A stretch of 64,000 nt of DNA, from the NCBI RefSeq assembly GCF_013248865.1, contig NZ_JABNNF010000018.1, one strand, 5' to 3'. Shown one piece after another: positions 1 through 10,098 of this stretch (its first letter is position 1; each line of letters opens with the position of its first letter). Position numbers and translations under genes: made by a program. The stretch is from Corallococcus exiguus. Lineage in GTDB: Bacteria; Myxococcota; Myxococcia; Myxococcales; Myxococcaceae. The notes beneath the pieces are model-generated. The model was not told the DNA's origin. It saw only the letters and a program-made list of their open reading frames with translations, and searched no databases.

Positions 1-10
1 CTCCGCGCTC

Positions 11-2239
11 GTGTCAGAGATTCCGTGGGACCTGATCATCATCGATGAGGCCCACCGGCTCCGGAACGCGCACCGGCCCAACAACAAGACGGGCCAGGCG
101 CTGCGCGCGTCGCTCGCGGGCCGCCCCAAGCTGCTGCTCACCGCCACCCCGCTCCAGAACGACCTGATGGAGCTGTTCGGCCTGATGTCGCTGCTGGACG
201 AGCAGATTCTGGGCCCCGAGCACGCCTTCCGCAGCCGCTACCGCGCCGACGAGGGCGGCGGCATGACGGAGGCTGCCGCGTGCGAGCTCAAGGAGCGGCT
301 GGCCCCGGTGGTGCAACGCACGCTGCGCCGTCAGGTGCGCGAATACGTCCGCTACACCAACCGCCGCAGCATCGTGGAGGACTTCCTCCCCTCCCCCGAG
401 GAGCACGACCTCTACGAGAAGGTCAGTGAGTACCTGCAGCGCTCGGAGGCCGCGGCCATCGAGCCGGGCAAGAAGACGCTCCTGACGCTGTGCTACCGCA
501 AGCTGCTGGCCTCCTCCACGTTCGCCATCGCGCCCACGCTGCGGCGGCTGTCGGAGAACCTGGAGAAGCGCCTGTCGGCCGCGCGGCTGGGACAGCAGGC
601 CCTGTCGCTCTTCGAGCCGGAAGAGGCCAAGCAGTTCGTGGAGGAAGGCGAGGAGTGGTCCGACGACCCCGCCAAGGCGCCCCAGGTCCGCACGCTGGAA
701 CAGGAGGTCTGGGAGCTGCGTCAGTACGCGGACCTCGCGGACTCCATCCGCATCAACGCCAAGGGTGAGGCACTCAAGCGCGCCCTGGACCGCACGTTCG
801 CGGTGATGCGCACGCACTCCTGGCCGGAGAAGGCGCTCATCTTCACGGAGTCCAAGCGCACGCAGCAGTACCTCTTCAGGCTGCTGTCGGACCACGGCTA
901 CAAGGACAAGATTTCGCTCCTGTCCGGCGACGCTGGCGGCACGCCCGAGGAGCGCCGGGCGCTGGTGGAGGAGTTCCGCCACAAGTCGCAGATCCTCATC
1001 TGCACGGAGGCCGGTGCCGAAGGCCTCAACCTCCAGTTCTGCAACCTGGTGGTGAACTACGATTTGCCGTGGAACCCGCAGCGCGTGGAGCAGCGCATCG
1101 GCCGATGCCACCGCTACGGCCAGCAGCGCGACGTGCTGGTGGTGAACTTCCTCAACCGGCAGAACGCGGCGGACGCGCGCCTGTTCGAGCTGTTGGAGAA
1201 GAAGCTCAACCTCTTCGACGGCGTGTTCGGCGCGTCCGACGAAATCCTGGGCGCGCTGGAGAGCGGCGTCGACTTCGAGCGGCGCGTGCTGGACATCTAC
1301 CAGTCCTGCCGCGACCCGAAGGACATCAACGTCGCCTTCGACAAGCTGCGCGAGGAGCTGGAGGGCACCATCAACCAGCGCATGACGTCGATGCGCTCGG
1401 TGGTGCTGGAGCGCTTCGACGGCGACGTGCGCCGCCGGCTGCGCGTGGCGGGAGACGCGGCCAAGGAGGTCGTGGCCAAGCGCCAGCAGGAGGCAAGGGC
1501 GCTCACCGGCTCCGTGCTGGGCAGCCGCACCTCCGGACGGCTCCAGGTGGCCAAGGCCGCCTACGCGGTGCGCGACCGCACCCAGGACACCGTCAGCTAC
1601 CTGCAGCTGGACGCGGCGGGCCTGCCCTCACGGCTGGCGCGACTGGCCGGCAGCGAGGGCTGGTGGTTCGTCTACAAGTTCGAGACGACGGGCCTCAAGC
1701 CGGAGGAGAAGCTGGTCCACCTGGTGCTGGTGAAGGACCGGGACGGCGGCTTCCGCGCCCTGCCGCTGACGGACGGCGTCCACTTCACGAAGCTCGACGC
1801 CAAGGAAGAGAAGCGCCGTCAGCCCGCGCCGGTGTCGGTCCAGCTCATGCAAGAGCAGTCGCTCATGACCGCCAAGGATGAGCTGATTCGGGCCGCGGAA
1901 CGGCGCAACGCGTTGGAGCTGGACAAGGCCAAGGAGCGCGCGGACCGTTACGTCGAGGACTGCCTGATGGAGTCCCGCGAGGTGGTGGAGTCCGCCCGTC
2001 AGGCATGGTTCGACGCGCGCAAGGAAGTCTCCGGTATCGAGGACGTCGCGGAGCGCGCGAAGGCCCGGGCGCACTCGGACCGGCAGGAGCGCGACTACCG
2101 CCGCAAGCTGGCGTCGCTGCGCAACGAGGAGGAGAAGCGCTACGCCTCCAAGGACCGGCAGATGGCGGAGCTGGCCAACAAGGCGCGCGTGACGGAGAAG
2201 CGCACCCTCATCGCGTCCGCGTACTTCTGGCTGTCCTGA
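11..2239 (+). CDS. SNF2-family helicase, C-terminal part (5' end lies outside the window), with a long coiled-coil C-terminal region
   Basis: DEAH box 'IIIDEAHRLRN'. Helicase-C motifs 'VNYDLPWNPQRVEQRIGRCHRYGQ'. The ORF begins at the window edge with no start codon. Confidence 0.8.
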   Translation: MSEIPWDLIIIDEAHRLRNAHRPNNKTGQALRASLAGRPKLLLTATPLQNDLMELFGLMSLLDEQILGPEHAFRSRYRADEGGGMTEAAACELKERLAPVVQRTLRRQVREYVRYTNRRSIVEDFLPSPEEHDLYEKVSEYLQRSEAAAIEPGKKTLLTLCYRKLLASSTFAIAPTLRRLSENLEKRLSAARLGQQALSLFEPEEAKQFVEEGEEWSDDPAKAPQVRTLEQEVWELRQYADLADSIRINAKGEALKRALDRTFAVMRTHSWPEKALIFTESKRTQQYLFRLLSDHGYKDKISLLSGDAGGTPEERRALVEEFRHKSQILICTEAGAEGLNLQFCNLVVNYDLPWNPQRVEQRIGRCHRYGQQRDVLVVNFLNRQNAADARLFELLEKKLNLFDGVFGASDEILGALESGVDFERRVLDIYQSCRDPKDINVAFDKLREELEGTINQRMTSMRSVVLERFDGDVRRRLRVAGDAAKEVVAKRQQEARALTGSVLGSRTSGRLQVAKAAYAVRDRTQDTVSYLQLDAAGLPSRLARLAGSEGWWFVYKFETTGLKPEEKLVHLVLVKDRDGGFRALPLTDGVHFTKLDAKEEKRRQPAPVSVQLMQEQSLMTAKDELIRAAERRNALELDKAKERADRYVEDCLMESREVVESARQAWFDARKEVSGIEDVAERAKARAHSDRQERDYRRKLASLRNEEEKRYASKDRQMAELANKARVTEKRTLIASAYFWLS

Positions 2240-2245
2240 GCCCCG

Positions 2246-2584
2246 TCACAGGGGCTTGAGTCGCACCCACGTCGCGCCCCAGCCTCCGTCCGCTTCGGAG
2301 GCTGACTGGAAGCCTTCCACTTCCGGCAGCGTGGGCAGCAGGGACTGCACGGTGCGCCTCAGCGCGCCCGTGCCCTTGCCGTGGATGATGCGCACGTCGA
2401 GCACGCCCTTCTGGCGGCAGGCCCAGAGGTACTCGGTGACGAGGTCCTTCACGTCGCGAGGCTGGAAGAGATGCAGGTCGAGGTTTCCATCGACCGGAAT
2501 TTCTACCGCTCCCAGCTCATCGGGCGTGGGCGGAGGCTCCGGACCCTCCGGCGGCAGGGGCGGGAGTGGCTTTCGGCGTGACAC
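2246..2584 (-). CDS. Smr domain protein
   Basis: Smr signature 'LDLHLFQPRDV...VRIIHGKGTGALRRTV'. Pro-rich N-terminus. Confidence 0.7.
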   Translation of the reverse strand: MSRRKPLPPLPPEGPEPPPTPDELGAVEIPVDGNLDLHLFQPRDVKDLVTEYLWACRQKGVLDVRIIHGKGTGALRRTVQSLLPTLPEVEGFQSASEADGGWGATWVRLKPL

Positions 2585-2834
2585 CGTAGCGTGCCTCCTC
2601 CTGGCGCTTCTTCTCCTCGGCCGCCAGGCGCTGACGCTCGCGCGCCAGCCGGAACTCTTCCTTGAGGCTGGTGATCTCCCCCTTGAGCGAGGAGATGTCC
2701 TCCTTCACCGCTCGCGGGTGGCTTTCGCCAGCCGGGTCCTGATGGTTGCCCGCACGCTTGCCCTCCGAGCCGGCTCCACCGGAGGCGGTCATCTGCATCA
2801 ACAGCGCGGCCAGGGTCATCACCATCATGAGCAT
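2517..2834 (-). CDS. small hypothetical protein with hydrophobic N-terminus and coiled coil
   Basis: Signal-like 'MLMMVMTLAALLMQMTAS' followed by heptad-like 'ISSLKGEITSLKEEFRLARERQRL'. It overlaps the start of the Smr gene by about 68 nt, which lowers confidence. Confidence 0.3.
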   Translation of the reverse strand: MLMMVMTLAALLMQMTASGGAGSEGKRAGNHQDPAGESHPRAVKEDISSLKGEITSLKEEFRLARERQRLAAEEKKRQEEARYGVTPKATPAPAAGGSGASAHAR

Positions 2835-2866
2835 TCACGTAAGCAAGCGCCGTGCTCGCGCGCAAG

Positions 2867-3925
2867 TCATGTTGCGTGAACGGCGCCTCTCTGGCCGCCC
2901 TCCTCCTTGTGTGACACGACGCGTTCCGCGAGCCGTACGGCGGACAGCGGGGCGCTCCCTTCCGCCTTGTTGTTGATCGTCACGAAGACGGGACGTTCGC
3001 GTCGCACCGCCGCCATGCACACACGGGCCAGCACGTCGCGGGTGCCCACGTCCTCGTCCACCAGCTGGTTGAAGGGCGCATAGCGGGCGTAGGCCTCCTC
3101 GTAGCCGAGGTTCGGCGGCAGCATCCATCGCACCACCACGGCGCGGGCCTCGAACGCGCGCGTGAGCTTCGCCTGCCGCGCGACGGGCGGCATGTGGGCC
3201 CACACCGCGAGCACCGGGCTCACGCCCGTGTCCGCGAGCGCCTGCGCGAAGCCCTCCGTGAGCAACTCCTCGTTGCGCACCTCCACCGCGTACAGCGGTC
3301 CCCGGGGCAGCGCGGAGAAGAACGCGTGCAGCCGCTCCACGAAGCGGCCCGCGCCCCCCAGCGCCGCGGGATCCTGCGGCGGGAACTGGAAGACGAGCGG
3401 CCCGGCCTTGTCGCCCAGCCCCTCCAGGAACGGCGCCACCACGTGGTCCACGGCGTAGGCCGCCTGGAGGAAGCGCTCGTTCACCTGCCCCCGGTGCGTG
3501 CCGTAGCGCTCGTGCACGGGGAAGCGCGCCAACGTGCAGGCCTCGTGGGCCTTCACCAGGAAGCGGAAGCCGTCCGGCACCTGCTGCGCGTACTCAGCGA
3601 AGGTCGTGGCCGGCACCGCTGCGTAGAACGTCCGGTCGATGCCGACCGTGCGCAGCACCGGGTGGTGCGCGTAGGCAGCCAGGCCCTCGCGCGCCAGCTG
3701 GGTCGTGCTGGCCTCATGGTCGTAGACGAGCCCGTTCCAACCCGGGAAGGTCCACGACGACGTGCCCAGGTAGACGCCGCGCGGGAGCTGCTCGCCCAAC
3801 ATGCGCAGGCCGTCGGACGGCTCGGCGGGTCCCACCGGCTGGGTCCTGCGCCGCGACGACGCGGGTGGCTCCTCCACCGCGCCCGTGAAGAGGTCGAACT
3901 GCGCGGGTCGTGGTGGTGCGCTCAT
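2867..3925 (-). CDS. DUF72 (YecE-like) family protein
   Basis: Motif 'YLGTSSWTFPGW' typical of DUF72. Length about 350 aa. Confidence 0.7.
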   Translation of the reverse strand: MSAPPRPAQFDLFTGAVEEPPASSRRRTQPVGPAEPSDGLRMLGEQLPRGVYLGTSSWTFPGWNGLVYDHEASTTQLAREGLAAYAHHPVLRTVGIDRTFYAAVPATTFAEYAQQVPDGFRFLVKAHEACTLARFPVHERYGTHRGQVNERFLQAAYAVDHVVAPFLEGLGDKAGPLVFQFPPQDPAALGGAGRFVERLHAFFSALPRGPLYAVEVRNEELLTEGFAQALADTGVSPVLAVWAHMPPVARQAKLTRAFEARAVVVRWMLPPNLGYEEAYARYAPFNQLVDEDVGTRDVLARVCMAAVRRERPVFVTINNKAEGSAPLSAVRLAERVVSHKEEGGQRGAVHAT

Positions 3926-4097
3926 GCGTGCAGCTCCTCTCCCACGGTGGGGACGGCGGGGAAGCCCAGGGAGTAATCCCCAGGCCCAGGCGATGCAGCA
4001 GGTTGCCTCGATTCAGGGGGACGTTCCAGGTTTCCGGCACGCCCCCCAGGCAAACGGGCACGCACGGACAGTCTCCTCAGGGCACGACGGTATGTGA

Positions 4098-4113
4098 TTG
4101 GACGTTCGTCCAA
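4098..4113. promoter_or_regulatory. Perfect 7-2-7 palindrome TTGGACG-TT-CGTCCAA in an AT-richer divergent intergenic region
   Basis: Read directly. It lies about 100 bp upstream of the PAS-LuxR start and divergent from the DUF72 gene. Confidence 0.3.
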
Positions 4114-4210
4114 ATGCAAACGCAGTCGCCTCGCTGTAAGATATCCAAACCAAGCAATTCAGCATTAACACTGTAAAGCTTGGACAGGATTGCAACGGCC
4201 GGGGGGCCTC

Positions 4211-5134
4211 ATGGACTGGTCGTTGACCGCATCGCTGCTCGCGGAGCGGGACACACGCCCCATCGTCGTGATGGACCGGCGCGGCCGCATCGAGCTGGCG
4301 AACGGCGCGTTCACGTCGCTGCTGGGCCGGCCCCGCGAGGAGTTGTTGGGGCGCCGCTGGACGGATGTCTGCACGCCGAGCGAGCACGGACGCGAGGTGG
4401 GACAAGCGCTGCGGGCCATCTTCACCAGCGCCGAGACGCGGATGGAGACAGAGGTGCTCACGCGCGACGGCGAGCGGCTGCCGGTGGAGCTGGACGTGGC
4501 CGCCGTGGGCCGCCCTCCCCTGCGGCTGGTGGCCATCGTCACGCGCACCGCTCCGCCCCTCTTCGTCCCCGAGCGCACCTTCGTCCCGGAGCCGGCCCGG
4601 GACCACGGGCCTCGCCGGGACCTGAGCTACGAAATCTCCACCGAGCTGTCGTCATTCGGGACGCTCAAGGCGGTGTGGACGTCCGGGGAGGCGCGGCAGG
4701 AGGAGCTGGTGGGCCGGCCGTGCTTCGGCGCCTTCGCGCACCGCGACGCGCCCTGCCTGGACTGCCCGCTGACGATGGCGGCGCCCTCCTCCTGGCCACA
4801 CACCATCGTGCGGCAGGCCTCCGAGCACGCGGAGGGCTATGAGGTCATCACCGCCACGCCCACGAGCGCTGGCACCGCGCGCGTCAGCGTCCACACCATC
4901 GGTGATGAAACACTCAGCGGTCTCTTCGAGGCGAAGGTGCGGCGCATGGCGAACGCCGCGCGGCTGTCCGAGCGGGAAGGCGATGTGTTGCGTTATCTCG
5001 CGCTCGGCCGCTCGCCCACCGACATCTCGACCGTGTTAGGGATTACCGAGCGCACTGTGAAATTCCACCAGGCCAACCTGCTCCGGAAGCTGGGCGCGGA
5101 GACGCGATACGACCTGCTCCGCCTGTTCTTCTGA
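4211..5134 (+). CDS. PAS-domain LuxR-family transcriptional regulator
   Basis: N-terminal PAS-like segment 'IVVMDRRGRIELANGAFTSLLGR'. C-terminal LuxR helix-turn-helix 'LSEREGDVLRYLALGRSPTDISTVLGITERTVKFHQANLLRKLG'. The ATG at 4211 is preferred over the TTG at 4190. Confidence 0.75.
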   Translation: MDWSLTASLLAERDTRPIVVMDRRGRIELANGAFTSLLGRPREELLGRRWTDVCTPSEHGREVGQALRAIFTSAETRMETEVLTRDGERLPVELDVAAVGRPPLRLVAIVTRTAPPLFVPERTFVPEPARDHGPRRDLSYEISTELSSFGTLKAVWTSGEARQEELVGRPCFGAFAHRDAPCLDCPLTMAAPSSWPHTIVRQASEHAEGYEVITATPTSAGTARVSVHTIGDETLSGLFEAKVRRMANAARLSEREGDVLRYLALGRSPTDISTVLGITERTVKFHQANLLRKLGAETRYDLLRLFF

Positions 5135-5339
5135 TCAGGGCGCCTTCCCTCTGGGACAGCTTTCACGCCGTTGACTTTGGGGGATGCTGGTCCTTCGACT
5201 CCGGAGTCTTGTGGGTCGGGGGGGCCGTTGCCCATGGGCAGCGCCAGACAAATCCGTCTCATCAAACACATACAGTCTATGTGGACTTCCGTCCGGGAGC
5301 GTCCTGTCCGTGGGTGACACTCCGGGCTGGGACGACGTG

Positions 5340-7478
5340 ATGCGGGAGTTCCTCCTCGAGTCCCGCGAGCACGTGCAGAGCATCGAGGCGACGGTGCTGG
5401 AGCTGGAGGCGCGGCCGGGCTCGCAGCCGTTGCTGGCGCAGCTGTTCCGGGCCCTGCACACCGTGAAGGGCACCTGCGGCTTCCTGGGCTTCAGCCGCCT
5501 GGAAGCGCTGATGCACGCCGCCGAGGAGATGCTCGGCCTGGCGCGCGACCGGCGCCTGGTGCTGGACCGCGAGCGCGTGTCCACGCTGCTGGCGGCGGCG
5601 GACGCGGCGCGCGGGACGCTGGAGCACATCGAGGCGACAGGGCTGGAGCCCGCGGTGGACCACTCCGCGCTGCTCGCTCGCATGGCGGGCGCGGCGGCGG
5701 GCTCCGCGCCGCTGGAGGTGTCCGAGCCCCTGACGCCTCCGGGTGCCGTGCCCTGGCGCGGCGCCGCGACCGGGGTGGACTCCAAGCTGCGCGTGGACGT
5801 GGCGCTGTTGGACAGGTTGATGAACCTGATGGGCGAGCTGGTGCTGGCGCGCAACCGCATCCTCCAGTGCGCGGCCTCGCCCACGCCGGGCGCGGACCTG
5901 GTCACGGCGTCGCAGCGGTTGGACGTCATCACCACCCAGGTGCAGCAGGTGGTGATGAAGACGCGGCTCCAGCCGGTGGGCCAGGTGTGGAACCGCTTCC
6001 CCCGGCTGGTGCGCGAGCTGGCGCACGGGTGCGGCAAGCAGGTGCGTCTGCAATTGCAGGGCGCGGACACGGAGCTGGACAAGACGCTGGTGGAGGCGCT
6101 GCATGATCCGCTCACCCACCTCTTGCGCAACGCCGTGGACCACGGCGTGGAGACGCCCGAGCAGCGCATGGCCGCGGGCAAGCCGCCCGTGGGGTGCCTG
6201 ACGCTGAGCGCGTCGCACGAGGGCGGGCTCGTGCACCTGGGCATGTCCGACGACGGCGCGGGCATCGACGTGCAGCGCGTGCGGCAGGTCGCGGTGCAGC
6301 GCGACCTGCTCACGGCCGATCAGGCGGCGCGGATGGCGGACGCGGACGCGATGATGCTCATCTTCATGCCGGGCTTCAGCACCGCGGAGCGCGTCACGTC
6401 GCTGTCCGGCCGGGGCGTGGGCATGGACGTGGTGCGCTCGCAGGTGGAGCGCATTGGCGGCACCGTGGAGGTGCACAGCCGGCCCGGTCAGGGCACGACG
6501 TTCACCCTGAAGATTCCCCTCACGCTGGCCATCATCCCGGCGCTGCTCGTCACCTGCCGGGGAGACCGCTACGCGCTGCCGCAGGCCTCCCTGCGAGAGG
6601 TGGTGTTCCTGGAGCCGGCCCAGGCGCGCAGGGACATCACCCGCATCCAGGGCGCGTGCGTCCTGCGGCTGCGCGGGGAGCTGCTGCCGCTGGTGGTGCT
6701 CGCCTCCGAGCTGGGCGTGGGGCCGGCGATGCCGGACCTGGACGAGGGCGCCACCGTCGTCGTGCTGCAGGCCGGTGAGCGCACCTTCGGGCTGTGGGTG
6801 GACGCCATCCACGACACGGAAGAGATCGTCGTCAAGCCGCTGTGGAAGCACCTGAAGGGGCTGGCCTGCTACGCGGGCGCGACGGTGCTGGGCGACGGGC
6901 GCGTGGCGCTCATCCTGGATGCCATGGGTCTGGGCCGCCGCGCGGGCATGGTCACCGAGGCGCAGGCCCAGGTCGTCATTCCGGAGGCCGCCGCGGAAGC
7001 CCCTGCGCCGGAGGAGCCGCGCGAGCGCGTGCTGCTGTGCCGCAACGGCGCGGAGGGCCGCGTGGCCATCCCGCTGTCGCGCGTGGCCCGGCTGGAGGAG
7101 CTGCCCGCGTCGGACATCGAGCGGCTGAGCGGAGGCATGGAGATGGCGCGCTACCACGGGCAGCTGCTGCCGCTGGTGCGCGTGGCGTCCGTGCTGGAGG
7201 CCAGGCCCGGCGCGACCGAGCGGATGGCGCAACACATCCAGGTCGCCCTGGGCGAGTCGCTGTCCGTCGTCGTCACCCAGCACGCGGACACGCGCGTGGG
7301 GCTGGTGGTGGACGCCATCCTCGACGTCGCGGAGGTGGAGCTCGCGCTCCAGTGGGAGACGCGCCGCCCGGGCGTGCTGGGCTCCATGGTGGTGCAGGCC
7401 CGGGCCACCGAGTTCCTGGACGTGGAGGGCACCGTGCGCGCCGTGCACCCGGAGCTGCTGACAGGCGGTGCGCCATGA
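5340..7478 (+). CDS. cheA: Chemotaxis histidine kinase CheA (Hpt, dimerisation and HATPase domains, then two CheW-like domains; no receiver domain)
   Basis: Hpt '[14 protein letters not shown]'. N-box '[12 protein letters not shown]'. G1 'SDDGAGID'. G2 'GRGVGMDVV'. Two C-terminal CheW-like segments. The stop overlaps the cheW start (ATGA). Confidence 0.9.
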   Translation: MREFLLESREHVQSIEATVLELEARPGSQPLLAQLFRALHTVKGTCGFLGFSRLEALMHAAEEMLGLARDRRLVLDRERVSTLLAAADAARGTLEHIEATGLEPAVDHSALLARMAGAAAGSAPLEVSEPLTPPGAVPWRGAATGVDSKLRVDVALLDRLMNLMGELVLARNRILQCAASPTPGADLVTASQRLDVITTQVQQVVMKTRLQPVGQVWNRFPRLVRELAHGCGKQVRLQLQGADTELDKTLVEALHDPLTHLLRNAVDHGVETPEQRMAAGKPPVGCLTLSASHEGGLVHLGMSDDGAGIDVQRVRQVAVQRDLLTADQAARMADADAMMLIFMPGFSTAERVTSLSGRGVGMDVVRSQVERIGGTVEVHSRPGQGTTFTLKIPLTLAIIPALLVTCRGDRYALPQASLREVVFLEPAQARRDITRIQGACVLRLRGELLPLVVLASELGVGPAMPDLDEGATVVVLQAGERTFGLWVDAIHDTEEIVVKPLWKHLKGLACYAGATVLGDGRVALILDAMGLGRRAGMVTEAQAQVVIPEAAAEAPAPEEPRERVLLCRNGAEGRVAIPLSRVARLEELPASDIERLSGGMEMARYHGQLLPLVRVASVLEARPGATERMAQHIQVALGESLSVVVTQHADTRVGLVVDAILDVAEVELALQWETRRPGVLGSMVVQARATEFLDVEGTVRAVHPELLTGGAP

Positions 7479-7963
7479 GCGCCTTCCGTCAGCTGTGCTC
7501 GTTCCAGGTGGGCGACCACCTGTTCGGTCTGGACATCGAACGCGTGCAGGAAATCCTCCTGCCGCCCCCGCTCACGCGCGTCCCCGGCGCGCCTCCGGAA
7601 GTGGCGGGGCTGCTCAACCTGCGCGGACAGATCGTCCCCGCCATCGACCTGCGCCGCCGTCTGGAATTGCCCGAAGGCACCGCACCCGCGGACGCGCCCC
7701 ACGTCGTCCTGCGCGGCGACGAAGGCGCGGTGAGCCTTCGCGTGGATGCCATTGGCGACATCCTCCCCTTCGAACAGTCGGACCTGGCGCCGCTGCCGGA
7801 CAACCTGCGCGGGCCGCTGCGCCCGTTCCTGCTGGGTGTCCATGCGCTGCCGGACCGGCTGCTGCTCGTGTTGTCCGCGGACGCGGTGGTGGACGGGCTC
7901 TCGCCTGCGTCCAGCGCTTCCGCCTCCCCTTCCTTCCCCGTGCTTCCCCAGGAGTCCCGCTGA
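7475..7963 (+). CDS. cheW: CheW coupling protein
   Basis: '[19 protein letters not shown]...[18 protein letters not shown]'. ATGA overlap with cheA. The MCP start follows directly after its stop. Confidence 0.85.
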   Translation: MSAFRQLCSFQVGDHLFGLDIERVQEILLPPPLTRVPGAPPEVAGLLNLRGQIVPAIDLRRRLELPEGTAPADAPHVVLRGDEGAVSLRVDAIGDILPFEQSDLAPLPDNLRGPLRPFLLGVHALPDRLLLVLSADAVVDGLSPASSASASPSFPVLPQESR

Positions 7964-10065
7964 TGGCCCGCCCGACCGCGCCCGCCGTGAAAACCACCCT
8001 CTTCCAGCGCCTGGGCGGCAAGGCCCCCCTGACGGCCGCCGTGCAGAAGCTCTACGCACGGGTGATGACGGACGCGCTGCTCAAGCCCTACTTCCGCCGC
8101 GCGGACATGCTCCAACTGCAGCGCCAGATGGTCGCGTTCCTCACCCAGCACCTGGGTGGGCCGGCCGTCTACAAGGGCCCGTCCATGCGCGACGTGCACG
8201 CGCGCATGGAGCTCAAGCCCCATCACTTCGGGCGCATCGCAGAGCACCTGGCCACCGTGCTGGATGAATTGGACGTGCCGGGCCCCGTCGCCCGCGAGTT
8301 GCTGTCCGCCGTGGGCACCTTGCAGGACGACATCGTGAGCAGGCCCGTCAAGAAGGCCTCCTCCCGGACCGCCGCCGTGAAGCGTGCTCCGGCGCGTGCC
8401 TCCCGGACGGAGGGACGCCGGGTCGCCACGGTGTCCGTGCCCGCGCCCCGGTCCTCGCGCCGCCGCGCGCCCACGCCGCTCGAAGGCGCCCTGAGCGAGG
8501 CGGTGCTGGACGCGGCGAGCGTCAACCTGTTCATCCTGGACCCGGACCTGGCCATCGTCTTCTCGAACGCGTCCTCCTCGGAGGCCATCGAGCGCATCAG
8601 CCAGACGGCCGCCTTCCGCGACAGTGCGGGGGACGCGGGCGGAGACTTCCTCGCCCACTTCGAGCACCAGATTCGCCTTGAAGAAGAGCGGCTGAGCGAC
8701 CCGTCGTCGCTGCCGCACGAAGCCCACTTCGCGGTGGGCGCTGCCCTGCTCAAGGCGCGCATTGACGGCATCTCGGGCCGGGGTGGAGCGCTCACCGGCT
8801 ACGTGGTGACGTGGACGGACGTCACGGATCAACAGCGCGCGGACACGGAGTTGGCGCGCCTCAGGGCCATGATGGAGAACGCGCCCACCTGCGTGATGGT
8901 GGCCGACCTGGACCTGAAGATCGTCTACCTGAACCCCGCCTCGCGCCGGCTGTTGCAGCGCGTGGAGAAGCACCTGCCCATCGCCGCGGACCGGGTGCTG
9001 GGTGCCCCCATCGACGTCTTCCACAAGGACGTGGCGTACCAGCGGAAGATCCTGGCCAACGACAAGAACCTGCCGGTGCGCGCGAACATCCCCATTGGGC
9101 CGGAGACCGCGGACCTGCTGGTGACGGCGGTGTACGACGGCCAGGGCCGCTACCTGGGGCCCATGGTGACGTGGGAGCTGATCACGGAGAAGCTCGCCGT
9201 GCAGCAGCGTGAGAAGGATCTGGACACCACCCTGCGCGGCATCTTCCAGGAGGTGACGCAGCACTCGCAGACGCTCGCCGCGTCGTCGCAGGAGCTGTCC
9301 AGCGTCAGCCAGCAGATGGTGAGCAACGCGCAGGAGACCGCGGCGCAGGCCACCCAGGTGTCCGCCGGCGCCGAACAGGTCAGCCGCAACGTGCAGAGCG
9401 TCGCGTCCGGCATGGAGGAGGTCAACGCGAACATCCGCGAGGTGGCGCGCAACGCGAGCGCCGCCGCCAAGGTGGCGTCCTCCGCGGTGAAGCTCGCGGA
9501 CTCCACGTCCAGCGTCGTCGGCAAGCTGGGCACGAGCAGCCAGGAGATCGGCAAGGTCATCAAGGTCATCACCTCCATCGCGCAGCAGACGAACCTGCTG
9601 GCGCTCAACGCGACCATCGAGGCGGCGCGCGCCGGTGAGGCGGGCCGGGGCTTCGCGGTGGTGGCCAACGAAGTGAAGGAGCTGGCGCGCGAGACGGCCC
9701 GCGCCACGGAGGACATTGGCCAGAAGATCGGCAGCATCCAGGGCGACACCGAGGAGGTGGTCAACGCCATCCTGGAGATTGGCGCCACCATCGGCCGCAT
9801 CAACGAGCTGCAGACGTCCATCGCCTCCTCCGTGGAGGAGCAGACGGCCACCGCGGGGGAGATCCTCCGCAACGTGGGCGAGGCCGCCAAGGGCAGCCAG
9901 CAGATCTCCGAGAACATGGCCGGCGTGGCGGAGGCCGCGCGCAGCACCACCGAGGGCGCGGGCAGCACGCAGCGCTCGGCGGTGGAGCTGGCCCACATGG
10001 CGCAGTCGCTGCAACGGCTGGTCGTGCAGGTGGACACCTCCGACAAGCAGACGCGGACGAAGTAG
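7964..10065 (+). CDS. Methyl-accepting chemotaxis protein with an N-terminal group-I truncated hemoglobin domain and two PAS-like segments
   Basis: trHbN-like 'LFQRLGG...QKLYARV...[18 protein letters not shown]...[11 protein letters not shown]'. PAS-like segments follow. MCP signalling domain '[31 protein letters not shown]'. Confidence 0.85.
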
Positions 10066-10098
10066 CGCGGGCGCGTCAGGCACAGGGAGCGACGGCAC

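Noticed and set aside
4155-4195. Sigma-54-like 'TGGACAGGATTGCA'
   Set aside because: GG to GC spacing is 2 nt shorter than the -24/-12 consensus.
5277-7448. 723-aa minus-strand ORF antisense to cheA
   Set aside because: Low-complexity Arg/His/Gly-rich translation with no motifs. Fully antisense to a well-supported CheA. Typical high-GC artefact.
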